Shown here: positions 22,485 through 34,453 of the stretch, in pieces
Layout: each line of letters opens with the position of its first letter
Position numbering within the stretch: the first letter of the stretch is position 1
From: a virus
Lineage: Duplodnaviria > Caudoviricetes
Strand: one strand, 5' to 3'
DNA length: 64,000 nucleotides
IMG/VR virus record: IMGVR_UViG_2904150443_000004
Span: 32,001 to 96,000 of that record
Program-made: the position numbers and the translations under genes
The notes under the pieces: model-generated
The model's database searches: none
Seen by the model: the letters and a program-made list of their open reading frames with translations, nothing else
Told to the model about the DNA's origin: nothing

Positions 22485-22778
22485 TTGAAATATAACTTGA
22501 ATATAACAGCAATAGGAGGTAACAACATGGCAAAACCTAAGGTACCAAAACGTCCGACACGTGATGAATTTGTTTTAGAGGAATTAGGAAACCAACTGAC
22601 TGAAGCTTATCAAGAAGAGTCTGCTATAGTACTGACGGTTTGGGGGCGGGAAGAGCCAGTAAAAGGACAAATTATTAAAATGGACTCAAGAACAGGAAAA
22701 GTTCATGTAAGACAAGACGAAGTAATTACAAAAGTCCCATTTATGGATATTATGAGCATGGATTATCCAAGGGATTAA
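22485..22778 (+). CDS. YolD-like protein (true start probably ATG 22527)
   Basis: KRPTRDEFVLEELG...KVPFMDIM; GGAGG RBS. Confidence 0.75.
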   Translation: MKYNLNITAIGGNNMAKPKVPKRPTRDEFVLEELGNQLTEAYQEESAIVLTVWGREEPVKGQIIKMDSRTGKVHVRQDEVITKVPFMDIMSMDYPRD

Positions 22779-22978
22779 ATTTTAATGAATTGAATATTTA
22801 TGTTTCAAAAAATGGTGGGACATAGATATGGATTTGAAAATATACCCGTTAAAAGGGATATAAAGGACTTGAGTTAATTGAGTTTGATGAAACTGTTATA
22901 TATGATCTGGGTTGTATAATTAAATCAGTTCGTAATTAATATTTTTTCGAATCTTATGAATTATAATAAAATACAAAT

Positions 22979-23752
22979 ATGAAAGGAAATAATAATATGA
23001 ATATACATATTCCTATTGATTGGGGAAGTTATATTATTTCTATTCCACTGATATTGGCGACAGTGTGGGCAGGCTTAAGGTTCTTGGCAAAAAAATATGT
23101 TGAACAAGAGTTCTCTAAAAGAATAGAAAATCACAAACACGATTTGAATTTATTAGTAGAGGCCAATAAATTTGATATTCAAAGAAAGATGTATGATTTC
23201 AATTTGTATACGACTAAAAGGCACGAAACATATATGAAGTTGTATAATTTATTTTTAGAAGCATCAAGCCGAGTAAGTAGATTTCAAGGGATCAGGCAAA
23301 TACCAGATTTTAAAAATTTCTCAAATGAAGTAATAGCGGAATATTTAAGACGTTTTAATCTGTCAGAAAGTGAATGGTTAACTATTGCTGAAAACTGGAA
23401 TAACGGAACAGATCCATACTTAGTTAAAAAAGTAGAGAGTTATTACAATATAAACGAAGTTAGGGAAATGGAGGCCGCTTATGTAAAAGCTAAAAACGAA
23501 TATTTATTAACTCGTTTATACTTGTCAAAGAAAGTAGAAAGCATATGCTTGATCTTATCTTCAAAATTGACAGAAGCTTTACTTGAGCTAGAAGAAATAT
23601 ACGATATAAACTATATTGAACAAGATATTAATTTAACCGAGTCACGAAAAAACTTAAGAAAAATACACGATGATATTAATTTGCATAGTCTAGAGTTAAA
23701 AGATGAAATGCAAAAAGAATTGTCAATTGGATATTACGACAATACAAAATAA
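22979..23752 (+). CDS. Membrane-anchored hypothetical protein
   Basis: Single N-terminal TM helix plus coiled coil; stop codon lies in the boundary motif. Confidence 0.7.
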   Translation: MKGNNNMNIHIPIDWGSYIISIPLILATVWAGLRFLAKKYVEQEFSKRIENHKHDLNLLVEANKFDIQRKMYDFNLYTTKRHETYMKLYNLFLEASSRVSRFQGIRQIPDFKNFSNEVIAEYLRRFNLSESEWLTIAENWNNGTDPYLVKKVESYYNINEVREMEAAYVKAKNEYLLTRLYLSKKVESICLILSSKLTEALLELEEIYDINYIEQDINLTESRKNLRKIHDDINLHSLELKDEMQKELSIGYYDNTK

Positions 23753-23812
23753 AAGACATGTTTCATTATATATAAAATCACATAATTTAGATTATGTTCC
23801 CTTTATGTTCGG

Positions 23813-25997
23813 TTGTATTACACAACCGAATTTGCTATATTTAGATTAAGAAGAATAGACGCCGCAAAGATTACAAAGATGGCGCAAATTGATGAAGAAG
23901 AGAGGATGATAAGAATGAAAAAGGAAAATTTCGAAAATGGGGTTATTATTAATTCGGAAGCTGCTTTACAATATTTACTCGGCAAAAGTAGTATCGATGC
24001 AGATGGTGGTCATTACATACTTGACATTCAAGACGAAGGGGAAGAAATCGCAATTACTGTTGATTATACGCGTACAGTTGCAGATGCCGAGTATCACGTT
24101 CTTGGAACGAATTGTGTTTTCAACGTAACATACTCAACTGACAGATACTCTCAGAATCATTTCTCATTTGAAGTGCTCATCAATGACTTGCACGAGCAAC
24201 ACTTGGATGAAGTTGAAGCTTGGTTGTACGAAGCGGTACTCAAATACGGAGAGATGGAGGGTTCAGAAAATGATTAAAGAAAACACATTGGTTCCTGGGT
24301 TAATTCCGACTTTGGAAAAAGTCGTCTACACTTATCAATACAGGTATAGTGATAGCCGCGAATGGAAATATCACGAATACGCGTTTCTTCCAGAAGAGTT
24401 GACACCGGATATTTCACCATATTCACTGGGGGAAAAGCTATATCGGGAAATGCGATGTGCGGAAACACGGTATCTAGAACAGAAAAGGTACGCCTATATC
24501 ACATGTTCAGAATGCGGGCATAAGGTACTCGTCAATAGAGATGGATGGACAAAATGTGATGAGTGCAAAACGTACTTCGAACAGTTCAAACATGTGGATG
24601 AACTGTTCTATCCAAGAACTTTATTAAAAAAGTATGAGGAAGAGGTTAAGAACCTTCTAAGTGAAGATGACGAATTTTTGCAAGACATAGAATGTGATGA
24701 TGACTGCTCCGTTACATTCAGTGTGTCTGCTACCCGATACAAGAATAAATGGGCTATGTATGTATGGGTTAACGAAAATTATGATGACCCAGAAGATGAG
24801 GCTTACTCTTACAACCATAGTCATGTGTATTGGATTGGAGAATTCCAACCGCGTCACTGGATTGGTGAGTGCGTTAGTACTGTACCTAACTTGGACAGGT
24901 ACATGAAGTACGTGAACAGTTTAAACGATGTACAAGAAATATAAAAAGCAGCCATAGGCCGGCTGCTCCTCTCGGTGGTTCTTTCGTTAATCCTCATAGG
25001 TACGATAAAAGGGCCACCGATCCCTTGTGCACGTATTTATATTACCATAAAGGGAAGATGTGTACAAATGAAAATTGTTGAGTTTGTTGGTGCAGCTGCA
25101 TTTGCCAAAATGCTCGGCACGTCACAGCAAAACGTTAGCAAGTCTGGAAAACGAGCGCTTGATCCAAACTATCGCGGCGATTTCTTGAGGCCGGACGCTA
25201 TATGCGAAGGTCGTCCGCTTTGGCTTAAGGAAGAAGCTGAAAAGTTTGCAAGGAGTGAGTTTTAAATGAATCACAAAAGCGCAATCACCGATGAGGTTAG
25301 AAATAGGATAGTTAACCTGTTGAGGGGTGGTCATACAATAGTCAAAATCGAAGAGTTGACTGGTGTCCATCGAACGACTATTTTTAAGATAAAATGCAAA
25401 CTTGGATTGGTGAAAAACTACAAAAGTTTTACTTGCCTGAGTAAGAAAAAAGTCCGCGACATTCAAAGAGATCTTGATAATTTAGATCGACAGCCTAATA
25501 GTGACGATATAAAACGACTTTCTAAATTGCATGACGTTTCGGAGCCAAACATACTAAAGGTCATAAAGGAAGGGATTAATGCGGTATCAAAAGTACGCCC
25601 TCTCAAACCGCAGAAAATACAGATGATATACAAATCCCTTGAAGAAGGGAAGCAATCAGAGGAAATAATAGAAAAAACAGGTGTTTCGAGAACAACACTG
25701 GTGTATTACAGGGAACGATACAATCGCGGAAAAGATATTAGGGTATGTGCATCTTCTGATTGTGATAATACATTCTTACCACGACTGGATGGAAAGCCGA
25801 AGCTATATTGCTCCACGCGCTGTCGCGATCGCGAGAAACAGCGTAGATATAGATCATTATACTCAAAACAAAATCGGTGTCCACAATGTGGTGGTGAATG
25901 GGTCGAGCCCAACGAGACATACCGAGGAAAGCCAAAGCATTGCCTAAATTGTCAAGAGTATTACCATTTGAGATATGAAAAGAATAAAGATGTTTAG
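23813..25997 (+). other. Four-gene block: two hypotheticals (one with CxxC), HTH protein (24975/25068-25265), multi-HTH/zinc-finger protein (25266-25997)
   Basis: FVGAAAFAKMLGTSQQNVS HTH; repeated TGVHRTT/TGVSRTT HTHs and CxxC clusters; more GC-rich than the flanks by eye. Confidence 0.65.
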
Positions 25998-26174
25998 TTA
26001 TTGCCATTATATGAAAGTGGAAACTAAATACTGAATTTTGTATATAAACACAAATTGGGCTCACAGCTCTATTGTGTTTTTTTGTTTATTCAAATGACAT
26101 TATATGATCACAGAACATGTATTATGTCAAGGATTTTGTTTTTTATTTTAAATTTCTTGACTATATGAATAATG

Positions 26175-26186
26175 GAACAAACGTTC
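26175..26186. promoter_or_regulatory. LexA (Cheo) box
   Basis: GAAC-AAAC-GTTC upstream of mazF. Confidence 0.7.
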
Positions 26187-26261
26187 CCTTGTTAAATATC
26201 AAATATGAATTATAATAAAACTATACAGATAACTAAAATATATTAGTTTGGATGTGTAAAT

Positions 26262-26660
26262 ATGACTGACAGAGTTGTTCAATATAAGAGAGATGATATT
26301 TGGTTGGCAGATTTGGGTGGATCAGCTGGTTCTGAGCAAGGTGGAATTAGACCTGTATTATTGATTTCGAATGATATTGGGAACCGCTTTAGCCCTGTAG
26401 TTATCGGTGCTGTAATTTCTTCTGCAACTACTAAAAAGAGAATGCCAACACATGTAAGTCTGCCAGCCAACAGGCATGGGTTAATTAAAGACAGTTTTGT
26501 TGGTACTGAACAATTAAAGACAATTGATAAATGGTGTCTGATTGAAAAATTAACAACAATAGATGAAGAGACTATGGACGAAATAAACGAAGCATTGATA
26601 TTAAGCTTAGGACTGAGAGATTACATAGATAAAAAATATATAAAGAGAAAGGATGTATAA
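26262..26660 (+). CDS. mazF: PemK/MazF-family endoribonuclease, no upstream MazE
   Basis: KRDDIWLADL...GSEQGGIRPVLLISNDIGN...EQLKTIDK. Confidence 0.92.
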   Translation: MTDRVVQYKRDDIWLADLGGSAGSEQGGIRPVLLISNDIGNRFSPVVIGAVISSATTKKRMPTHVSLPANRHGLIKDSFVGTEQLKTIDKWCLIEKLTTIDEETMDEINEALILSLGLRDYIDKKYIKRKDV

Positions 26661-26661
26661 A

Positions 26662-26817
26662 ATGTTTAAAGTTGTTGGACAAGGGATTTTTACAAAAGAG
26701 GATTTAATAAATAAATTAATTGAATGGGGGATTGTAAATGCATCGTGGGTTGTAATGGAGGCTGAGAAGAAAGGTCGTTTTGAGTATGGTAAACATAGAA
26801 TACTCGTTTTTAGATAG
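26662..26817 (+). CDS. Unlisted 51-aa protein co-transcribed with mazF
   Basis: ATG 1 nt after the mazF stop (MFKVVGQGIF...RILVFR); terminator hairpin at 26826-26863 follows. Confidence 0.6.
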   Translation: MFKVVGQGIFTKEDLINKLIEWGIVNASWVVMEAEKKGRFEYGKHRILVFR

Positions 26818-26907
26818 TCTTACATAAGTCACTCGATCATTAATGTAGATTGAGTGACTTTTTAATTTTAATATAAAAGAAAATACTAAAAATATCTGTT
26901 TTATATA

Positions 26908-26936
26908 TTGACTTTATATAAGTAAAGATGTATTAT
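26908..26936 (+). promoter_or_regulatory. SigA promoter with CTTTA-N6-TAAAG operator
   Basis: TTGACT-17 bp-TATTAT; palindrome at 26912-26927. Confidence 0.75.
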
Positions 26937-27124
26937 CATATTAAGGCCGACAGGCAAGATAATCCAGATAATTAAAAGTAAAATAATTTAATAGTAATCA
27001 ATAAACGGAGGTGTTAATTAGTGTATAAAAATGGTAGACTTATTGACGGGAAATTATACATACATACAAAAATGGGTAACAGAATAAATCTAAAATTGTT
27101 CAAGGATGAGCATCTGAACAACTA

Positions 27125-29038
27125 ATGAAACTATGTTTTTATAAGGAGAAAAATGAGGAGTGCAAAATGACAGGTGAGAACTTTAAAAGAATAAATCGTA
27201 AAAATTCAGAAGTTGAAAAACTTAAAGAGGAACTAGAAAACGCAAGAGTAGCATTCACTAATTATAGTAAAGCACCTGATGAAGACAGTTGGAGTTTTGA
27301 TGAGTTGTACAGGCTTCAAAATACTGTTATTAATTCAGAATATAATTTATACTGTGCTAGGTATGAAGATAACAGAAGAAGAAACTGGAGATAAAAGATT
27401 ATTTAGAGAGGTGTAAAATGAGACTGCGGAACAAACTTATTAAAACTGTTGCCCAAAGTGAAGAATTAAGAAGTAAATTTTCTCTATATTCTACTTATAA
27501 AGAACCTGATATTGATAGAACTAGATTTGTACTAACTGATTCAACTGATATTGTAATATGCAATGAAGAAGAAATTAATAACTATTTAAGTGCAGGATTC
27601 AGTATTTTTGGTTCAGCACAGTCTAATGAAGAAGTAGATGCAATTATTTCGAGAGCTGAAGTATCTTAACATGAAGCATTCAAAAGGAGACTGATAATTA
27701 TGGAATCGGCGTTGAACTTGTTTGGAATAGAAATTTTGAATTGCATATCTTATGATTTCACTGAAGATGGGATTCAATACAATAGCGTGACGTTTTGTAT
27801 TAGCTCTCTAAAAAAATACGATGGCCTGTGTGTTGAAGTAAATCATGATTGGAAAATAAGAATTTGGAGTGTGTTAGGGGAAATTGTTAAAGAATTTTAC
27901 ATAATCGAGAACGAAGAGTTTAAGAGATTGCTTTATAGTAAATATCCTTTGAAATAATATTAAAAAAGGTGGTGGAAATGTGAGCAAGAATAATTTTGAA
28001 GTGGGTAAGAAAGTATATTTGTCACTAGGAATTAACAAAAGTAGATATAGTAGTGTGGATTATGTTGAAGGTGAAGTAACAAAAGTAGGTAGAAAGTATG
28101 TCACTGTTAAAATAGGGATTACCCAATATCAGTTTGATCTCACAGATAATCTAAGACAAAAGACGGATTACGCAGAAGATTACTATCTCTACGAATCCCT
28201 AGAAGAATTGTTAGATGAAAAAAGAAGAGAAGAATTAGCTCGACATTTGAGCGTGTATTTCTCAGGCTCCTATAATATAAAGAACAAGCTAACGTTAGAT
28301 CAAATGCAGCGAATCAAGGATATTATTTCTGAATAAAATGATCCTTTCAAGAGGTGATTGGTATGAAATTTAATTTTGAAGATTCAGAAGAATTAAAGCC
28401 AGTTTCGTGGATCGATGTTTGGTATGACAGAAGACAGAGACTATGGACAGCGATACTAAAGAATGATGATGATTTTCAAATAGGTGATGCTGAATATGGT
28501 TCAAAAAGTGATATAGGAGCTATAGTGGAATCTTGGATTAACGAATATGAATTAGATAGAACATACATCTCAAAAAAACAAATCCAACAAAAGAAAAGAC
28601 ACTGAGATTAATCACAGCATTTTAGATGAAATGAATATTTGATGGGGAGTGAGTAATGTGGATTATAAGTTTCGTATAGTAAGCACAATGGAGATTACAG
28701 GTGAAGTGGACAATGAACAGTATCAGATTAATGAAGGGGAAGAGTTAATTATTCAGTCTCAATCAATTGATAAATTAAAGTGGTTCGTATTTATTCCATC
28801 TATTGAAAAGTTTGATTACATAGAAAAGTATAAGATTGATTTACTAATTACAGATTACATATTCTATCCGCAATATTACGGAGAATTTCAATTGCCAGTG
28901 ATTAGTGATAACATCCACACTTACGCATTTATCACCCCTAGTGGATATGTTCAATGTGCATCAAAGAAAGATATAATCGAATTAAAATCATACAAGGAGG
29001 TACAGCGAATTAGCAGTGATGAGATTCGATTTAAATAA
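27125..29038 (+). other. Small hypothetical genes (27167, 27418, 27700, 27980 beta-barrel-like, 28354, 28649)
   Basis: Co-oriented ORFs with RBSs and boundary motifs. Confidence 0.7.
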
Positions 29039-29067
29039 AAACAATTCTTTGAATAGGTGATAACAAG

Positions 29068-29577
29068 ATGGATGAGAGAATAATTTTCGACACGCACACA
29101 GAGAACCTAAAACGTGAGTTAAACGTTGATCCCTTAGTTTTCTTTGGTGATGAAGCGAAAGAAAAAACTAAAAAATATGGTTCAATATTTCATGGAGCTC
29201 ATGTTTGGGAAGAAGAGTCTGAGTTTGTGGCTGTAAAGGACATAAATCAGATAGGGACTCTTGCACATGAGATGCGTCATAGTTGGCAGTACAAGAATAA
29301 AGACAAAGAGAACTATATATTTCGAAGCAGTAAAGACAAGCCATGGATAATAAGAAAACTAATACGAGCTTTATATTTAATATATTACCCGTTTAATAGA
29401 AAAGAATTGGATGCCAATAAGTATGCAGTTGAATATTGCACAAAAACAGGTTTACAAGCTGAAGTATTAAGAATTGAAAAGCTAATAACGGGAAATAGAA
29501 TAGCACAAGTAATCACTTTAGCAGCACATCTATTATTTTTTTATTTGATATACCTCATTTGGATTATTGTTAAATGA
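29068..29577 (+). CDS. HExxH zincin-like protein with C-terminal TM helix
   Basis: TLAHEMRHSWQ...ELDANKYA. Confidence 0.7.
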   Translation: MDERIIFDTHTENLKRELNVDPLVFFGDEAKEKTKKYGSIFHGAHVWEEESEFVAVKDINQIGTLAHEMRHSWQYKNKDKENYIFRSSKDKPWIIRKLIRALYLIYYPFNRKELDANKYAVEYCTKTGLQAEVLRIEKLITGNRIAQVITLAAHLLFFYLIYLIWIIVK

Positions 29578-29828
29578 TATTAATAGGGAGAGAAAAAATG
29601 AGAAAAACTGGAAAGAAACTATTGATAGTTTGGGTACATTTCCACAGCGTCAAGACTCAGTAGTAGAACAACTAGAGGATTTAGTTTACGTTGCTAATAA
29701 ACTAGGCTTTTACGATGCAGCTGACATTATAAAGGTAATGGCAATTAGAGAGCATAGAAAAGCTTTTAAAAGTGAATAAAAAGATTATTATATTTGCTTT
29801 GATTACAGAAGGGAGAAAATGATAAGGA

Positions 29829-30515
29829 TTGAAAAGTAAAAAATGTACAAAATGTGGTGAAGAGTTACCTAAAAATGAAGAGTACTTCTATAAACAACTG
29901 GTAAGATGCCAAAGGAAATCAGATTACTATAAACTAACATCATGGTGTAAAGACTGTTCTAAGAAAAATACTAAAAATAACATCGATAAAGATCGAGAGG
30001 GTTTTTATAAAAGACAAAAACCATACCAAGATGCAAATCAAGGCATAAGAAATAAGCGTGCTAGAGATTGGAGAGTCAATAATCCAGATAGAAATCGAGA
30101 TAATCAATCAAATTATTATATTAGAGAAAAAGATTCTGGTAGATTTAAAATGTATTACAGTAATAGAAAAAAGAAAAATCATAAAATATCAGCAGAAGAG
30201 TGGGAACATAATAAAAGATATTTTAATTACAAATGTGCATATTGTGGCATGAAACTAGAAGAACATTATAGGCTTTATGCTGGAAAATTACAAAAATACG
30301 ATTTTCATAAAGAACATTATGATGACAACGGAGCTAATGATCTTAGTAACTGCGTCCCAAGTTGTGGAAGTTGCAATAGTCAAAAATGGGAATTTGAAAT
30401 TGGAGAATGGTATAACGAAAGCAATCAAAAATATTCAGAAGAACGCTTTAGTAGAATTATTAAATGGATAAAAGAAGATTATATATTTTACATAGAAGGT
30501 AAAGATAAAATGTAA
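29829..30515 (+). CDS. HNH endonuclease
   Basis: N-terminal CxxC pairs; KCAYCG...KEH...NCVPSCGSCNSQK. Confidence 0.85.
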   Translation: MKSKKCTKCGEELPKNEEYFYKQLVRCQRKSDYYKLTSWCKDCSKKNTKNNIDKDREGFYKRQKPYQDANQGIRNKRARDWRVNNPDRNRDNQSNYYIREKDSGRFKMYYSNRKKKNHKISAEEWEHNKRYFNYKCAYCGMKLEEHYRLYAGKLQKYDFHKEHYDDNGANDLSNCVPSCGSCNSQKWEFEIGEWYNESNQKYSEERFSRIIKWIKEDYIFYIEGKDKM

Positions 30516-30589
30516 AAGTAAATGCTTCTATGATATATAGAGCAAATGAAAGGATTCTTTTACTTGAAATGAAAAAACGGGGGAGTTAG

Positions 30590-30820
30590 ATGTTTGAGGA
30601 GAAGACATTGTATTCAATCGTTGAAAAAGCTAAAAAATATGATGAATTAATTAAATTTCCTAGTACGGATAAAGAGGTGTCATGTTCGTTTTGTGGCAAA
30701 TCACAAACTTCCGTAAAGAAAATCATTACAAACCACGAAGTTTCAATATGTAATGAATGCATAGAGTTATGCGTAGAGATTTTATCAGAACAAGAAAATG
30801 ACAGCGATAAAACAGAGTGA
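30590..30820 (+). CDS. Stand-alone ClpX C4-type zinc finger protein
   Basis: [15 protein letters not shown]...[13 protein letters not shown]. Confidence 0.85.
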   Translation: MFEEKTLYSIVEKAKKYDELIKFPSTDKEVSCSFCGKSQTSVKKIITNHEVSICNECIELCVEILSEQENDSDKTE

Positions 30821-33419
30821 AAGAAATTCTTTATCAAGAATTAGAGGTAACAAGAGAAAAAGTAGTGAGACACAGGGAAAAATATTATGCAAAAGAGATT
30901 ACGTCTTTTGAGCAGCTAAACGAACTTAATAATAGAGCAGAAGTTGCTATCATGAACAATTGTAATATGGTTGTAGGCCGAATTATGTATAGAGAAAAAA
31001 ATTGGATATTGATTGATGTAGTAACTGGGACTGTTTCAGTAAATGAAGATAGTTTTAGGCATGGTAATTTTATGTATGAACTTGAACTATATTAAAAAAT
31101 GGATCTATTACAGGAGGTAAAAATGAGCGTAAGAACTACATATGATGAAAAGAGAGACATACTGAAGAAAACATTACAAGAGTGCTTAGAGCAAGCAAGG
31201 GAACTTCTTGATGAAGATATCTGGGGCTATGAAGAGATGAGAGAGGGATATGCTTTAGATGTGTATGTAGCGGTGAAAAAAGCGAAGGATACAGTCTAAT
31301 TAAAGTTGTAATAAAAGATGTTCAAAGAAAAGGGTGATACATTTGGGTTGGAAAATCAAATTTATTGAGAATTTTGAGGATTATAAAATAGGAGATACAT
31401 TAGAGTGTGATGAAATGGGCTTACCATTGTTTTATTGCGGCATGATGAAAGTGGCAATACGAATAGAATAAGAAAATGAAAGAAGTATTTTATAACAAAA
31501 GGAGTTGCTAATCGATATGAATAGATTAAATTATTATAGTGATAACGATGAAATGACTTTAGATGAAGAAATGTTGTACAATCAGGCATTAAGCACAGTA
31601 AAGATCATTGAAGAAAACGTGAGATTAAGAAGGGAAAATAAGAGACTTATGAACAAAGTCGCTGACAATGAAGAGTGGACTAATCAACAGTTACAAGAAA
31701 ATATTAAGTATGCTGGTAATCTACTTGACTCACTTATTAAGAAATCGGATACTAAGTAAAATATGTGTATTATGAAGTAAATTCCGTTATAGGAGGGCTA
31801 ATATGGACAGATATCTTAATACAATCATGAATCGACTTGCAAATATTATTCATAATGAATCGCAACATCCCAGCAAAGAGAGTTGTAATCTTATTATTGA
31901 TTCATTGTCTCGATTAGTCAAAGAATACAACGAAGAATTTGATAGAAACATTGACGTTACGGATTATAGAAAAAAGAACATGAAGTAAGTCTTTCACGGG
32001 AGGTTGTCATTTGAGGACGATAACTGAAGCTCAATATAAAAGGATTCTGAATATGTATAACGATACAGTAGATAAGGAAGTAAGTGCAATGACCACAGTG
32101 TTATCTTCGTGGGGGAGAAATTCGGAAATTGATAAACTACATATTAATGCTGAAGCTAAGAAAGAAAGTTTTAAAAACATATTTAATTGAATTAATTCAA
32201 ACAGAATTGAGGATTGAAACTATGAAATCTAAAATATTTAAAAGTGAAAATGGATTGGAGTTATTAGTTAAAAATAGAAAATCAGCAGTAATTTTAGAAA
32301 TGAATCCAAGCCAGATGGACTCTAAGTATAAAGTTGAATTTAAATTTAATTCTAGAGATTTTGACGAATTATATAGTTATATCGATACCGCTGCAAATGA
32401 GTCATGGGACATTATCATTTCCAAAGAAGCAAGTAGTTTAGGGTCTGACTATTATGAGTACTACGATAAGGAACTTGATAGCAATGGATATCTTTGTATT
32501 CGAGAAAATACGATAGTTATTAATAGGCCATCATTAGAAAGTAATAAGCTATATCAATTCAACAAAAGAAAGATGGAGTCTTTCGCTTACGATTTTAGAA
32601 AATCAGTTGCTAACAAAATGGTGTGATGAAATTAATGAATATGTAAAGAGTATGAAATCTGATTTTCATTGGAGGAATAAAATATGAAAGCTAACCAAAT
32701 GACTGTTTATGTGGAGTACAAAGGCTCAGAGGTGCGTGTAGAAGTTCCTTGTTCTCAAGACACTCAGTATTATGAAGCACAGGTAAAAGCTCTTAGAATG
32801 CTTTCTAATTCGTTTAAGGAGGTTGATGCAGCATGACGACTTATACATATCGTTTCATTGAGAAGGACTATTTTCGTTCCATAATAAAAGGAAATTCTGA
32901 TTTTCTTGCGGATAATGAAATTGATGAACTCTTAAGTGAGCAAAGAACATGGGAAGATGTAACGATAAAAATAAAAGAAACAAATTTCAGATTAAATACA
33001 GTGTTCATTGATAATATCACTGATGAGGTTATTGAATTTGAGGATATATCAAAGGCTGCTCAGATTTACGCAGAAAATATATTAAGGAAATTACGCAAGA
33101 GCAGGGTGAAATCATTACTCGGCAAAGACTCAACAAGTATTGCTATTGTCTGAAAAGATTCAAAACAAATATAGGAGTGATATTAATGGCGAAATATAGT
33201 TCTGGAGATAAATTCGCGTTGAAAAGTGATCTAAATCGCTCATCTATAATCGAAATAGTTTTTGTTCCACCTATTGATGGACGTGGAATTCAATATTATC
33301 TAATGAGAACAGGAGGAGGAGTAAATACCATAAAAGGAATAGAACATTTATATAAAGAAAGTGAAATTGATGAGCTTTTTATTCTAGTCAAACAGAAGAA
33401 AGAAGGAGAGCCTAATTAA
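30817..33419 (+). other. Small hypothetical genes (30817, 31099, 31505, 31803, 32129/32222, 32833, 33177)
   Basis: Co-oriented ORFs with RBSs and boundary motifs. Confidence 0.65.
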
Positions 33420-33433
33420 TTGAAAAATTAGGC

Positions 33434-33631
33434 TCATTTATTCCATTCGAATTTTAACTCATCGGCAATTAATAAGTGCTCTTTACCTTTCCTACATTCC
33501 ATTGAAGCTTCCATTTTTACTATATCGAATGTTTCTCTAGCATAATTAAGGGCAGCTTCATCACTATCAGCAATAACTGAAAATGAGAAAGGAATAATAA
33601 TATGACCAGACACTTCTCTAAGTTGCTTCAT
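33434..33631 (-). CDS. Small hypothetical protein, divergent from the XRE gene
   Basis: AGGAG RBS; shared hairpin at 33408-33436; AAAC-ATGT-GTTC LexA-like box at 33687-33698. Confidence 0.6.
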   Translation of the reverse strand: MKQLREVSGHIIIPFSFSVIADSDEAALNYARETFDIVKMEASMECRKGKEHLLIADELKFEWNK

Positions 33632-33779
33632 TTATTCAACTCCTAGCTTCAAGTAAATTGATTATAGCACGATTATCAAAAGGTGCAAACATGTGTTCTT
33701 ATAAATGATCTTATTGGACTAATTGACTTTAGATATCTAAATATATTATAATAAGACTGTGGAAACATTAGACAATTAA

Positions 33780-34229
33780 ATGCATGTGAGGATGTTCAAA
33801 ATGATTAGTTATCAACCACTTATTGACCTGATGGAAGAAAGAAATATTAAGTACAAAGATCTCGAATCACTGGGCGGGTTTTCGTCTGCAACACTTGCCA
33901 AGATTGAAAAGGGTAAGTCAGTAACTGCTGATACTTTAGATAGGCTCTGTTTGTTGTTGGGGGTTCCAATTGAGAAGGTAATGAAAATAGTTGGATATGA
34001 AGATAGTAATTCGGAGTTAGCAAATATCGAAGTTAAGAGAAATATCACAAAAAACAAACTGAAGGAGATTAGATCTAAGCATAAATATACACAGGCACAA
34101 TTAGCTGATTTACTTGAAGTAAGCCAGCCGATGATTAGCATGTGGGAAAATGATGATTCTAAGATTCCGAAGGATGCTTGGGAAAAGTTAAGTAGGGTAC
34201 TTAAGTTATCACAAGATGAATCGGAATAA
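33780..34229 (+). CDS. Tandem XRE/Cro-type HTH regulator
   Basis: ISYQPL...SATLAKIEKG and LKEIRSKHKYTQAQLADLLEVSQPMISMWE. Confidence 0.88.
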   Translation: MHVRMFKMISYQPLIDLMEERNIKYKDLESLGGFSSATLAKIEKGKSVTADTLDRLCLLLGVPIEKVMKIVGYEDSNSELANIEVKRNITKNKLKEIRSKHKYTQAQLADLLEVSQPMISMWENDDSKIPKDAWEKLSRVLKLSQDESE

Positions 34230-34453
34230 AAGTCTGATTTCATGACAGAAAAAGAGGAGAGAAATATGGTTAACTGGGCATCTGAAGATACAAAATTGGA
34301 ATTTTTAGAGGGTTATATTATCAAAGAATTTCTATGGAACGAAGTAGGTGACAGGATCACAATTAAACTTACTTCTGGGGATATTGTTGAAATCTATAAC
34401 GAGAGAATAACCTTTAATGGGAATGAAGTAGTCAATGGAAAAGTAATGAATAG

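Noticed and set aside
27125-27166. Listed starts falling on or in the boundary motif (27125; also 36626, 39630, 52907)
   Set aside because: The ATG comes from the ATGAAA/TTTCAT(G) motif or its edge; better RBS-linked starts lie a few codons downstream.
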